Shown: positions 47,942 through 57,397 of the stretch, piece by piece | How the letters are laid out: every line of letters begins with the position of its first letter | How positions within the stretch are numbered: the first letter of the stretch is position 1 | Virus record (IMG/VR): IMGVR_UViG_3300035670_000065 | Span: 47,993-111,992 of that record | From: a virus | Reading direction: 5' to 3' (one strand) | Length of the DNA: 64,000 bases | Made by a program: the position numbers and the translations under genes | Notes under the pieces: model-generated | What the model was told of the DNA's origin: nothing | What the model saw: the letters and a program-made list of their open reading frames with translations, nothing else | Databases searched by the model: none

Positions 47942-49210
47942 ATACACTGAGGAAAACGAATAGCGATAATTGACGAATTATCTACTCGGGCGCAAACGGC
48001 GGGTGACGCGTCCTGATATAATCTGATCTCCGCTGCGGACAGTTAGCTACTGACTCCAAAATTGATCCCTAAAGTGTATACATATGGTGGTAGAGACAAC
48101 GAAACTCTCCAACGCTTCTAGGTAAGTGCTTGCAGAACGCTACGGCGTCAATATTCTGCATAAACCTAGTACCCTACTGATGAGCTAGTGAAACTCTAGC
48201 GAAACGGCAGACAATCTAGCGAATAGGTGCGGAGAGGCTTCAATCCAATCCCCTACATAGCGGTCTGTTCGTATAGGTAAAATCAAGAAGTGTGGAACTG
48301 TCAAGCCACTAGCGGAGAAGTCAACGCTCTCCAATATACTGCTAGCGCTAGCTATGACGCAGTTGACCCAAGCTGTAGGGGGACTATAATTCTAAATGAC
48401 CCGTAATAAAGCATTATTGGATATCTACATAGTGCTTACGGAACAATATAGAATCTTGGTAAAACGGGTTACTTTAGACGACCTGGGAACAGAATAAGTC
48501 CACAACTTAGACCGTGTTAAGTATAAAATACGTTTAGTGGTGGTAGTGCGAGGCTATTGTTAAACGGATTGCTAAGATCCGGCCACTTAAATAAATCCAG
48601 CGCGAGTGCAGCGTTCCAACGATAGAAAGCATCAACGGTAATAGTTGGATTATCTGGTACTAAGGTGAGTATGTAAGGGAGCCAGTAGAAGTCTGATGAA
48701 CGAGGGTCGCCTCACCCCCTGCATAAAGGCCGATTGAGAATCGACCACCTAAAAGTCCAAGGACACAAGTGACTATAAATATAGTGTTAGTGCGACATTG
48801 CCCTGTTTAAGCACTTAAATCCTAGAAACTGGCAAAGGGGTATCCGCCCTATGTATAACTGGATAGGCCGTGCCTACAAGCCGAATGTAACTGGAGACTG
48901 CCTAGGCCACCCGTGCCTCGATCGCAAACGGTAGGGATACAGGCCAACCCCGGAGTGAAGAGTTTTCCACTAACTTGGTTTCTTCTTCAATCTACCTCCG
49001 CCTCAACGGTAAATCAGCTGTAGATAGCTCGTAAATCCGTATGAAAGATATTGTTAGCGGTGTTTCCTCGATTCTTCCGTAAAAGTAACGAAGTGTAGCC
49101 TGACGCTGGCTATGAGTCCCGTAAAGACAGTACGTTGTGATATGAGCCTGACCAAATCACAGAAATCTCGTGGTTAGGACTCAAAGCCTCCTGTGTAAGG
49201 AGGCTTTGTT
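47942..49210 (+). ncRNA. Candidate giant structured non-coding RNA (about 1.27 kb)
   Basis: No ORF of 60 aa or more in any frame from 47897 to 49304; promoter 47907-47935; terminator 49183-49214; many hairpins. Confidence 0.6.
48170..48279 (+). ncRNA. Type I hammerhead ribozyme
   Basis: CTGATGA(48177)-GCTAG/CTAGC stem II-GAAA(48201)-stem III CGGCAGAC/GTCTGTTCG-GTA cleavage triplet (48271-48273)-TAGG pairing with CCTA (stem I). Confidence 0.8.
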
Positions 49211-49214
49211 TTCT
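49183..49214 (+). terminator. Intrinsic terminator
   Basis: AAAGCCTCCT/AGGAGGCTTT hairpin plus T-rich tail. Confidence 0.7.
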
Positions 49215-49725
49215 GTAGGTTCTTGTAGGTGGACATAGGTCGTTGAGATACACGACTGAGAATGTCGAATCCTTTAGAATCTACAGAAAACAAAAGGAGA
49301 GTATATGATCCGAGAATTTCAGCAAACATTAGAATCACAACTAAAGACATTTGACCCTAGGGATGTAACGGATTTAGCACATTTCAAGTCCCTACGTTTC
49401 GACGGTAAGCAAGGCTGCCGTCGTTACATCGTTGAGCATCCGTTTCCGGATGTAATGTCGATGATGCTGCATAAGATTGCTGTAGCTTATCTAAAAGATA
49501 GTAAACAATATACTGCGTCAGAACTAGCGAGGTACTAAAATGAACCTAATAAACTGCGAAAACTGTGGAGTTGTTCTAAATAAGAAAGCGGTACACTTTG
49601 CACACGATATATGGAATGAAAACGGCGAATTAGACGAGGACTTTGGAACATATAGTTTCAAAGAGGAAATGATGGTTGCCTACGTCAGATGCCCTGTCTG
49701 TAACGAAAAAGTATTGGACGAATAA

Positions 49726-50475
49726 ATGTTAGTTAAACTTCTGTCAGACCTACACATTCATAATAACAACCCGTTCCGTTATACGGATCACGGAGAGTAT
49801 GTTTGCGTTCTAGCAGGAGATATTAGCGAAGGTATGCATGGTGTGGAGTGGGCGTTAGCTTGTATTCCAGACCACATTAAAGTGCTGTATGTTCCTGGGA
49901 ACCATGAGTACTATGGTCAGATTTACCAGGTGCTAAATGCACGTTTTGCTCACCATAATAAGAGAGGTACTCATGTAACTGTGCTGCAGGAGCAGTCTGT
50001 TACGATTGGTGACATTGAGTTTGTAGGCACGACCCTATGGTCAGACTTTGCGTTGTATGATAACCCTTCAAGGCACGCTATCTACTGGAAGAACGGCCTA
50101 AACGACTCCAGGTGGATTTGGCGGGAAGAAGGCGGTGGGATTGGCCCACAAGACTTCCTAGACTGGAATGCAAGGTCACTCGCGTTTCTGCGTTCAGTTG
50201 CAGAGACCCCCAAAGATAAGACAAGAGTTCTTATCACTCACTACTGTCCAGATCTTTCGGTGGCGCCCAGGTACCGAAACGATGAGCTAACCCCTGGTTT
50301 CGCTACGCATATCCCTGTGGAGACACATGAAACATTCGACTTCCATTTTCACGGCCATACCCATGATAGTATGAAATATGAGTACCCATTCGGTACTAAG
50401 GTATTCTGTAATCCTAAGGGTTACGGTATGGAGAACGTATCGGGATTTAATCAGGAGCTAGTACTGGATATTTAG
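49726..50475 (+). CDS. Metallophosphoesterase
   Basis: SDLH, AGDI, PGNHEYY, HGHTH. Confidence 0.88.
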   Translation: MLVKLLSDLHIHNNNPFRYTDHGEYVCVLAGDISEGMHGVEWALACIPDHIKVLYVPGNHEYYGQIYQVLNARFAHHNKRGTHVTVLQEQSVTIGDIEFVGTTLWSDFALYDNPSRHAIYWKNGLNDSRWIWREEGGGIGPQDFLDWNARSLAFLRSVAETPKDKTRVLITHYCPDLSVAPRYRNDELTPGFATHIPVETHETFDFHFHGHTHDSMKYEYPFGTKVFCNPKGYGMENVSGFNQELVLDI

Positions 50476-50488
50476 AAAAGGAGTCCTT

Positions 50489-51067
50489 ATGGAACCTAGA
50501 TCTAGCTACTACTACGATGGCAAAGTTTTCCGCCTTAGAAGCAAATGGAACAAAAGATTCAGATTATTTTTAATGTTAGTATGTTTTCTAGGATTAAGTG
50601 GATATTCTAAGGATATTTCTGATGGTGAAGTAGTACCACAGAAACACGCTTTAGAGTCTCACGTTCTAGAAGAAAATCCCAAAGTATCAATCAACGACGC
50701 AAAGAGTATAGTTAACGCAGTTATTAAATGGGGGACTGAGTTTAGTATCGACCCTAAATTGTTACTAGCTATAGCTAAAGTGGAAAGTAACTATAACAAA
50801 CACGCTATATCGCCTTCTGGTGCTTATGGACTAATGCAGGTTATTCCTGTGTGGCATAAAGATAAGATTAAGAAGGCTAAAGAAGAACTTGGAAATCCTG
50901 AGGTCTTCGATATTCACACTAATATATATCTAGGTGCTAGTGTGCTTAGAGAGTGTTATAACAAGAACCCTGGACTCAGTAAGGCGCTTTTGTGTTATGC
51001 TGGCCAAACGCCAGGGTATGATAAGAAAGTGTTAGCAGCATATAGGGCTTTAAAAATATTCACTTGA
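50489..51067 (+). CDS. Lytic transglycosylase (SLT domain) with a signal/TM segment
   Basis: LLAIAKVESNY...AIS.SGAYGLMQV...NIYLG...Y. Confidence 0.88.
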   Translation: MEPRSSYYYDGKVFRLRSKWNKRFRLFLMLVCFLGLSGYSKDISDGEVVPQKHALESHVLEENPKVSINDAKSIVNAVIKWGTEFSIDPKLLLAIAKVESNYNKHAISPSGAYGLMQVIPVWHKDKIKKAKEELGNPEVFDIHTNIYLGASVLRECYNKNPGLSKALLCYAGQTPGYDKKVLAAYRALKIFT

Positions 51068-51429
51068 TTTTTCTTTTTGTTCCGTGTATAATATTATTTA
51101 TCAACTGGAGAAAACATCATGGCAGGGTATAGTAAAGAATTGATTGTAGGTGCTTACCTACACAAGTTCATTCATTCCGGTCTAGTGGATATTGATACTC
51201 TTGTGGTTTTAGAAGATAATGCTAATCGCTTCTACGATAAGGTAGGTAAAGATGAATTCAGAAAATACGCCGATGTTACACCCGATAGAATTAGAGAATT
51301 CCGGTGTAGTGTATAGATTTGTATATTCTGACGGATTCTCTAGACTTCGGACATTTCCTTCAGACGAAGAAGCTAGATGGTTTGCTCATAACGAAGGAGA
51401 CCATCTAATGACATATATTAAGATTTAAT

Positions 51430-51503
51430 TGCGGGTTTGTGGCGGCACGACTAGAGTCTCATAAGCTCATAGGAAGGGAGTTCGACTCTCCTGCCCGCAA
51501 CCA
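51430..51503 (+). tRNA. tRNA-Met(CAT), possibly initiator-like, short D-arm
   Basis: Loop CTCATAA, acceptor TGCGGGT/GCCCGCA, CCA. Confidence 0.75.
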
Positions 51504-51505
51504 GT

Positions 51506-51581
51506 TGGCAAGTAGCTCAGTGGTAGTAGCCGTGCACTGTTAATGCACTGGTCGTAGGTTCGATCCCTACCTTGCCAGCCA
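51506..51581 (+). tRNA. tRNA-Asn(GTT)
   Basis: Loop CTGTTAA, CCA. Confidence 0.92.
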
Positions 51582-51744
51582 CCAAATTAAAGCGGATACT
51601 AAAGATGTATGACGTTCTGCCTCCACAGACCCCAAACGATCATACCTCCCAACTAAGAGGGAAACAACGTTCCTTGGACAAGGTTACCAACTATCGGTGT
51701 AAAAAGTCTTAGTCTGCTTTAATTTGTAAACTAAAGTACTTTGT

Positions 51745-51820
51745 CTAGGTATATTGTCAGCCTGGCCAGACGGCCGCCCTTGGAAGGCGGAGGACGGTGG
51801 TTCAAATCCACCTACCTAGA
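51745..51820 (+). tRNA. tRNA-Pro(TGG), no encoded CCA
   Basis: CCGCC-CTTGGAA-GGCGG, T-loop TTCAAAT. Confidence 0.8.
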
Positions 51821-51834
51821 CAAAGTACTTTTAA

Positions 51835-51910
51835 GGGGGATGATTGAGCTGAAGTTCTTGGATGCTTTGCAAGCATTTGCCGCAGGGTTTGATTCCCTGA
51901 TCCTCCACCA
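51835..51910 (+). tRNA. tRNA-Ala(TGC), atypical D-arm
   Basis: Loop TTTGCAA, G3-U70 pair, CCA. Confidence 0.8.
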
Positions 51911-51964
51911 CCAACAACACCCGTCACACTTCCTGCATAGCATAGTGCTCCAACGATGGGTTAT

Positions 51965-52040
51965 CCCGTTCAAGCTAATCTGGTGAAAGCGACTGGTTGA
52001 AGCCCAGTAGAGCGAAGCTCGAAACTTCGGAACGGGGCCA
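51965..52040 (+). tRNA. tRNA-Phe(GAA)
   Basis: ACTGG-TTGAAGC-CCAGT, CCA. Confidence 0.85.
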
Positions 52041-52047
52041 GAACAAC

Positions 52048-52132
52048 TACGGTGTCGCATAGCGGCGATTGCAGCAGCCTCCAAATCTGTCGGAGAAATC
52101 CCCCGGGGGTTCGAGTCCCTCCACCGTAGCCA
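52048..52132 (+). tRNA. tRNA-Trp(CCA) with a long variable arm
   Basis: Loop CTCCAAA; GGA-GAAA-TCC variable stem; CCA. Confidence 0.8.
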
Positions 52133-52142
52133 ACAAATTTTG

Positions 52143-52315
52143 TTAAATTAACTGTTGCGTAGTAATGCGTTACTTCACATACTATGAGCCTATAGATCCC
52201 GCAATTGAAGGGGATTTCTGGGGTTAGAAGATGACGAAGCTAACCCGACATTTGTCCGTTGCGCACGTCCGTAAGGCGGCAAAGAACGTACTACGACCTT
52301 TCTCAGTTAATTTAA
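52143..52315 (+). ncRNA. Y-RNA-like RNA 1
   Basis: Terminal stem TTAAATTAACTG/CAGTTAATTTAA, GTTGCG...TTACTTC, CTTTCT loop; upstream of Ro60. Confidence 0.75.
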
Positions 52316-52426
52316 TTAAGTTTGTTGCGTAAGTATAGAGATACTTCATGGATGAAAATTTGACTTCTAATCAAAACTTGTGGGTTCAAACCCCACTTTC
52401 TCTATCTAACTATTCTCAAACTTAAT
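52315..52426 (+). ncRNA. Y-RNA-like RNA 2 (anticodon-arm plus T-arm cargo)
   Basis: ATTAAGTTTG/CAAACTTAAT stem, GTTGCG...AGAGATACTTC, TTTGA-CTTCTAA-TCAAA and GTGGG-TTCAAAC-CCCAC. Confidence 0.78.
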
Positions 52427-52432
52427 AGTATT

Positions 52433-52521
52433 TTATTGCTGCGATATAAAGAGTTACTTCCTGCCAGCTTTACTAGGATAATCGAGGGATTACCCGAACT
52501 CTCTATAATTTTTCTCAATAA
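52433..52521 (+). ncRNA. Y-RNA-like RNA 3
   Basis: TTATTG/CAATAA stem, GCTGCG...AGAGTTACTTC...AACTCT...TTCTC. Confidence 0.7.
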
Positions 52522-52528
52522 CCCTAAT

Positions 52529-52598
52529 TTTTTCGTTGCGTTTTATACAGTTACTTCATTTAGCGGAAATAAACACTGTATATACCCTTTCTCGGAAA
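52529..52598 (+). ncRNA. Y-RNA-like RNA 4 (minimal)
   Basis: GTTGCG-TATACAG-TTACTTC...CTGTATA...CTTTCTC, ends 9 nt before the Ro60 ATG. Confidence 0.7.
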
Positions 52599-52607
52599 CC
52601 CTAAAAA

Positions 52608-54173
52608 ATGTCAAGACTAAATCAAAAAATTACACAACCTCAAGTTGAAATCGCTGTGTCTGCTAATGGAAACGTACAAGTTGCCAAAAGTGCAGCCCAG
52701 GTTTTCTTCGAGACCCTAGTGGGTCATATGTACGGAAAAGATCGCTTCTATACCTCTAACGAGGATATTTGTAAGCGTCTTAGCGTAGATATTAGCAAAC
52801 TGGTACGGGCTGGAAAGTCCGACTACGTTGCTAATGTAATTCTGTATGCTCGTGAACAGGCAATGATGCGGTCTATGCCTATTCTGGCTACAGTCTATTT
52901 TGCCAAAGCACTTCGTGAAACCGGAGTTGCCTTTCCACAACTGCGTCGTCTGGTATCTTCGGTCATCCAACGAGCTGATCAGATTACTGACACCTACGCA
53001 GTCGCCCTGGAGGTTTTCGGTGGAAAAAACAAAGTGCCGATGGCTCTCAAGCGTGGTGTAGCGGACGCAATGAACAAGTTTACCGAATACCATTTCGGTA
53101 AATATAACCGTGCAGCCGGTGTCACATTCAAAGATGTGGTGCGTATCGTACATCCAGAACCAAAGGATGAGAACCAAAGCGTCGTGTTCAAGAAAATTCT
53201 TGAAGATAACCTCGCTGTGCCATATACATGGGAAACTGAACTCTCCATGAACGGTCAACTTCCGAAAGAAGTTCAAAAGTCAAAGGCTCAAATTTGGGCT
53301 GAGCTCGTTAAATCCGGCAAACTCGGATATATGGCACTACTTCGCAACCTTCGTAACATTATTCAGTCAGGAGCTGACGTTACGGATGAGGTGGCGAAAC
53401 GGATTTCTGATCCAGAACAAGTCTCGCGTTCTAAGCAGCTTCCCTTCTCGTTCATCAAGGCTTTTGATGCCGTTAAGGATGCTCCCACTCAGTTGAAATG
53501 GGCGGTTAGTGAAGCTCTTGATGCATCCTGCGCGAATATTCCTTCGCTAGGTAAGAACGTGTGGATCATTGTCGATGGTTCCGGCTCTATGCTGGGTGGG
53601 CAGATGTACAGGGCTGCCCCTCTGTATGAGACGCTTGGAGATTCCCCGTTCCAGACCGCTGCCGTGTTCTGCGCGGCTCTGGTGAAATCTAGTAAGGAAG
53701 CGACTAATATCGCGGTTTCCATCTTTAGCGACAACGCTCAGATGGTTGATCTTAATCCTCGTGATACAGCTACGTCCATCGTGGACAAGCTCACGAAGAT
53801 GGTACAGGGTGGTGGAACTAATCTACAGGCAGCCCTGAATCTAAAATCCAAGCTAGGTTTCGAGCCAGATACAGTAGTAATCCTTTCAGACATGGAAGTA
53901 AACTCCTTGTCGACTGGGGATTCCAGCTATCGTGGTTATACTTATAACCATTACCGCGATTCTACTGTAGCAAACATCGCTAAGATGTTTGATAAGACCA
54001 CTCAAAAAGTGGCGGTAAACCTAGCTAGTGGTGTGTCGACACCTGTTCCAAAAGAACATGGATTTATCCAACTGGCAGGATTTAGTGAGCGAATCTTCGC
54101 CCTACTTCCTGAACTGCGGAATAGTGAGAAAACAGTCGAAAGATTGTTTAGTCAGCCGTTCCAGCCAGTTTAA
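52608..54173 (+). CDS. rsr: Ro60/Rsr-like TROVE plus vWA RNA-binding protein
   Basis: YARE...MRSMP, IQRAD, YHFGKYN, HPEP, YTWETELS, LGYMALLRNLRNI, SKQLPF; vWA MIDAS VDGSGSM, GGGTNL, ILSDM. Confidence 0.92.
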   Translation: MSRLNQKITQPQVEIAVSANGNVQVAKSAAQVFFETLVGHMYGKDRFYTSNEDICKRLSVDISKLVRAGKSDYVANVILYAREQAMMRSMPILATVYFAKALRETGVAFPQLRRLVSSVIQRADQITDTYAVALEVFGGKNKVPMALKRGVADAMNKFTEYHFGKYNRAAGVTFKDVVRIVHPEPKDENQSVVFKKILEDNLAVPYTWETELSMNGQLPKEVQKSKAQIWAELVKSGKLGYMALLRNLRNIIQSGADVTDEVAKRISDPEQVSRSKQLPFSFIKAFDAVKDAPTQLKWAVSEALDASCANIPSLGKNVWIIVDGSGSMLGGQMYRAAPLYETLGDSPFQTAAVFCAALVKSSKEATNIAVSIFSDNAQMVDLNPRDTATSIVDKLTKMVQGGGTNLQAALNLKSKLGFEPDTVVILSDMEVNSLSTGDSSYRGYTYNHYRDSTVANIAKMFDKTTQKVAVNLASGVSTPVPKEHGFIQLAGFSERIFALLPELRNSEKTVERLFSQPFQPV

Positions 54174-54178
54174 GACTT

Positions 54179-54212
54179 AAGGGCGCGTTAGCAATAACGT
54201 GCCCTTTTTCTT
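54179..54212 (+). terminator. Intrinsic terminator after Ro60
   Basis: AAGGGCGCGTTA-GCAA-TAACGTGCCCTT plus T-tract. Confidence 0.8.
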
Positions 54213-54279
54213 TCTTGATTTCATTCGGTTAAAGGCGTATAATATCTTTATTGAGTGAGATTTGGAAAGAGAATATAAA

Positions 54280-54735
54280 GTGAATATATTTATACTTGAT
54301 AACGATGTAGAGCAATCTGCTAAGTATCACTGTGATCAGCACGTTAATAAAATGATCCTAGAGGCGGCGCAAATTATATGCACGGTACGTGCATTAAAAG
54401 GCGCGAAAGACAGTCCGTATAAAGCTACTCATCCTAAGCATCCTTGCACTATTTGGGCAGGTAGAACGCTAAAGAATTACTTGTATGTTCTAGATTATGC
54501 CCACTATCTTAATGAAGAAGCTAAGTCTAGGTACAAGAAGAAAGTTAATCACAAGTCGTGGGACGTTCTACAAGAACTAACATTCCCTGACTTTGATCTG
54601 ATAGAGCGAACTGAATTCGCTAGAGCAATGCCGGAACAATTTAAGCGTATTCCAGATACAGTAGAAGCGTATCGTGAATACTACAAGACAAAAGAATTCG
54701 CAACTTGGAAAACAGGAAAACCCGAATGGCTTTAA
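54280..54735 (+). CDS. Pyrimidine-dimer DNA glycosylase (DenV-related) family protein
   Basis: NIFILD...A.YHCDQHVNKMILEAAQ...YKATH.KHPC..W...AYREYY. Confidence 0.75.
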   Translation: MNIFILDNDVEQSAKYHCDQHVNKMILEAAQIICTVRALKGAKDSPYKATHPKHPCTIWAGRTLKNYLYVLDYAHYLNEEAKSRYKKKVNHKSWDVLQELTFPDFDLIERTEFARAMPEQFKRIPDTVEAYREYYKTKEFATWKTGKPEWL

Positions 54736-55023
54736 TGACCCTAGAGTTTCAGCTAAATGGTGGTAAGAAGATTAACCTTACCTATCAGGAAGCGGAACTA
54801 ATGTATAAAGATTTGCAACGTATTTTTGGACAGCCTCAGGTACACTTTAGACCACCTACAGTCCCCGATAGTTATCCAAGAGGATACCCTAAAGAAGTCC
54901 CGGGGACTTGGTGTGGTAGTAATCCAGTAGATAATGCCGTAGCACATACAGCAGCACCTGGAGTACATTATAGGGATAACCATTTTCAAACACAAAAAGA
55001 AGCATTAGCAGAGATTAGGTTAA

Positions 55024-55809
55024 ATGGCGAAGCGCACTAATATTGAGGAACTTCCAGGGTTTCACTATCTAGTACATGGTCGACACGGTGTATTTCTAGC
55101 TAATAAGAATGATATATATGTAGGTGGGGCACTTATCACTTATGGTGAGTTTAGCGAGTTAGAGACGGACACTTTTAAGCGTTTCGTAGATAAAGAAACC
55201 ACAGTAATTGAGATTGGTGCTAATATTGGTGCACACACTGTATGGTTGGCTAAGAATGCTAAACGAGTAATTGCTATTGAGCCTCAACCTTTCATTTTCT
55301 ATACTCTATGTTCTCAAATTGCATTAAATAGCTTACAGAATGTAGAATGTATTAACTCCTGTGTAGGATTTAGTGGAAATGGATTTATTGATATTCCTAG
55401 TCTTGATTATTCTAAGCCAAATAATTTTGGTGGATTGGAAATGTCTGCTCCTTCGGATGAGCGAGTTCGTGTCCGATGTGAAACACTCGATGAGATTGTT
55501 CAATCCAGAAATATAACTGGAAAAGTATTTCTTAAAGTAGATGTAGAGGGAATGGAGGAGCAGGTATTGCGTAGTGGAGCACATTTCATTAGAGATATGC
55601 AACCTGTTATGTATGTAGAAAATGACCGACCAGAAAAATCAGAAGGTCTAGTCTCTTATATTAAGAGCATGGGTTATAAGCTAGAAAGAGACGCTCCTAC
55701 ACTATTTAATCCTAATAACTTCTTTAAGAAGAAAGATAATAAGTTCGTTAATGCACAAGGTAATGCTTTTGCCAGCTTTAACGAAATATGTACCCCAATT
55801 CTGGTGTAG
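55024..55809 (+). CDS. FkbM-family methyltransferase
   Basis: IEIGANIGAH, IEPQ, LKVDVEGME, YVENDR. Confidence 0.88.
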   Translation: MAKRTNIEELPGFHYLVHGRHGVFLANKNDIYVGGALITYGEFSELETDTFKRFVDKETTVIEIGANIGAHTVWLAKNAKRVIAIEPQPFIFYTLCSQIALNSLQNVECINSCVGFSGNGFIDIPSLDYSKPNNFGGLEMSAPSDERVRVRCETLDEIVQSRNITGKVFLKVDVEGMEEQVLRSGAHFIRDMQPVMYVENDRPEKSEGLVSYIKSMGYKLERDAPTLFNPNNFFKKKDNKFVNAQGNAFASFNEICTPILV

Positions 55810-55874
55810 CTCAGCGGTAGAGCAGTGTCTTGATAAGGCATTGGCCACTGGTTCAATCCCAGTCACCAGAACCA
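55800..55874 (+). tRNA. tRNA-Ile(GAT)
   Basis: Loop TTGATAA, CCA. Confidence 0.9.
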
Positions 55875-55879
55875 AACAT

Positions 55880-55968
55880 GGAAGGTTATCTAGCCGGGGA
55901 AGCTAGCCTAGTCTTGAAAACTAGTGGAGCCGCAAGGCCAGGAGTTCGATTCTGCCATCCTTCCGCCA
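55880..55968 (+). tRNA. tRNA-Ser(TGA)
   Basis: Loop CTTGAAA, long variable arm, GCCA end. Confidence 0.85.
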
Positions 55969-56126
55969 AATACTATGAAAACAATATTAATAGTATTATT
56001 TTTGACTGGATGCGTTATACACGTTCCAGTCTACTTCAAAGATGATTCTGGTAAGTGTCACGCTGTGACACCAGAGGGAGTTATGTTTGACGTAGATTGT
56101 GACTTTATACCTAAAAGGAGGTAATC

Positions 56127-56690
56127 ATGTCCCTAGTACTCGGTTTAGACCAAGCCGGTACTCCCCATAGTTGGTTAGATATTGAACACGCAGCCATGCA
56201 CTACGCTAAAGGCCATGTTGCATGGGAGGCTGGAAACAGTTTTGTTACGCTGCACGGGGGTACTAACGCTAGAACCCAAAAGCGTTCTGAACTAAATATC
56301 AATTCAATTATATCGGTAAATGGCGATGATTACTTTAGTAAGAACTATAATTCAACGATATCAATTAGCCGTCGAATGCTCTTTAAGAGAGATAGACATA
56401 TGTGTGCTTACTGTGGAACGGTTTTTCACGATAAATCGTTAGAACTGGAACACGTTATCCCTAAGTCTAAGGGGGGTGCTACAAGCTGGACTAACATAGT
56501 TAGTGCTTGCCGTACTTGCAATGCCAGGAAAGATGATAGAACTCCTGAGCAGGCACATATGCAGTTACTATATGTACCGTATACTCCTAATAGGCATGAG
56601 GCGTTTATTTTAGCAAATCGTAACATCCTAGTAGATCAGATGGCATTTCTACTACAGGGTGTCCCAAAACATTCAAGACTTTTGACATAG
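56127..56690 (+). CDS. HNH endonuclease (bacterial-type)
   Basis: LFKRDRHMCAYCG...EHVIPKSKGG..SWTNIVSACRTCNARK..RTPEQA. Confidence 0.88.
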   Translation: MSLVLGLDQAGTPHSWLDIEHAAMHYAKGHVAWEAGNSFVTLHGGTNARTQKRSELNINSIISVNGDDYFSKNYNSTISISRRMLFKRDRHMCAYCGTVFHDKSLELEHVIPKSKGGATSWTNIVSACRTCNARKDDRTPEQAHMQLLYVPYTPNRHEAFILANRNILVDQMAFLLQGVPKHSRLLT

Positions 56691-56766
56691 GCCAGGTTGA
56701 TCCGAGAGGTTAGGTGACATCCTTACAAGATGTATTATACTGGTTCGAGTCCAGTACCTGGTACCA
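56691..56766 (+). tRNA. tRNA-Val(TAC)
   Basis: Loop CTTACAA, CCA. Confidence 0.9.
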
Positions 56767-56777
56767 TATATATATAT

Positions 56778-57392
56778 ATGAATATACTAGAATTTCTAAA
56801 GTTAGCATTTCTATCCTCAGGGTATAAAATACCTAAAAATACTAAGGGAATTAGTGAGGAAATACTGCTGGAGTTTATAGCCCACGGTATGTCGGTTAGA
56901 AGCGGTGGACTAGGGTATACTTCCGCGGGCGGTATTAATAAGTTTCTAAAGAAATGCTTCCCTGATAAATCTTCCAGTATTTCCTATAGATCATTCCTGC
57001 TAGGAAAAATACGACATAAATTATGTACAAAATGTTTAGTAGTAAAACCTTTTGAAGACTACCATATAAATGGTAGTAATATAGATGGTATAGCTGACTA
57101 TTGTAAAATATGTCAATGCTCTACTAGAAAGGACTACTATAAGAATAATTCTTCTAAAGAGATTACTAATAATAGTGTAAGGGATGGGAGGTTACGCATG
57201 TTGCAAACTCCAAAGTGGGCCGATAATACGAAATTGGCAAAATTCTACAGAGATTGTCCCGAAGGATACCATGTGGACCACATTATACCTTTAAATGGTA
57301 TACTAGTTAGTGGGTTAAATGTACATAATAATTTGCAGTATCTGACAGCCAGAGAAAACCTTTCAAAAAGTAATAAATATACTATAGAATAA
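56778..57392 (+). CDS. HNH homing endonuclease (paralogue of 19021-19662)
   Basis: HVDHIIPLNG.LVSGL....NLQYLTA.ENLSKSN. Confidence 0.85.
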   Translation: MNILEFLKLAFLSSGYKIPKNTKGISEEILLEFIAHGMSVRSGGLGYTSAGGINKFLKKCFPDKSSSISYRSFLLGKIRHKLCTKCLVVKPFEDYHINGSNIDGIADYCKICQCSTRKDYYKNNSSKEITNNSVRDGRLRMLQTPKWADNTKLAKFYRDCPEGYHVDHIIPLNGILVSGLNVHNNLQYLTARENLSKSNKYTIE

Positions 57393-57397
57393 ACAAT

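Noticed and set aside
48692-48760. Second CTGATGA as another hammerhead
   Set aside because: No stem II followed by GAAA.
49005-49060. Group I intron Q/S-like motifs in the giant RNA
   Set aside because: No R element or P7 pairing and no interrupted gene found.
52143-52598. GTTGCG...TACTTC units as a degenerate CRISPR array
   Set aside because: Irregular unit length, 5' and 3' parts of each unit pair with each other, and adjacency to Ro60 explains them better as Y-like RNAs.
51741-52648. ORFs 51741-51986, 51812-52084, 52436-52648 (also 55830-56045, 60774-61028)
   Set aside because: They overlap tRNA or Y-like RNA genes and have no recognisable protein features.
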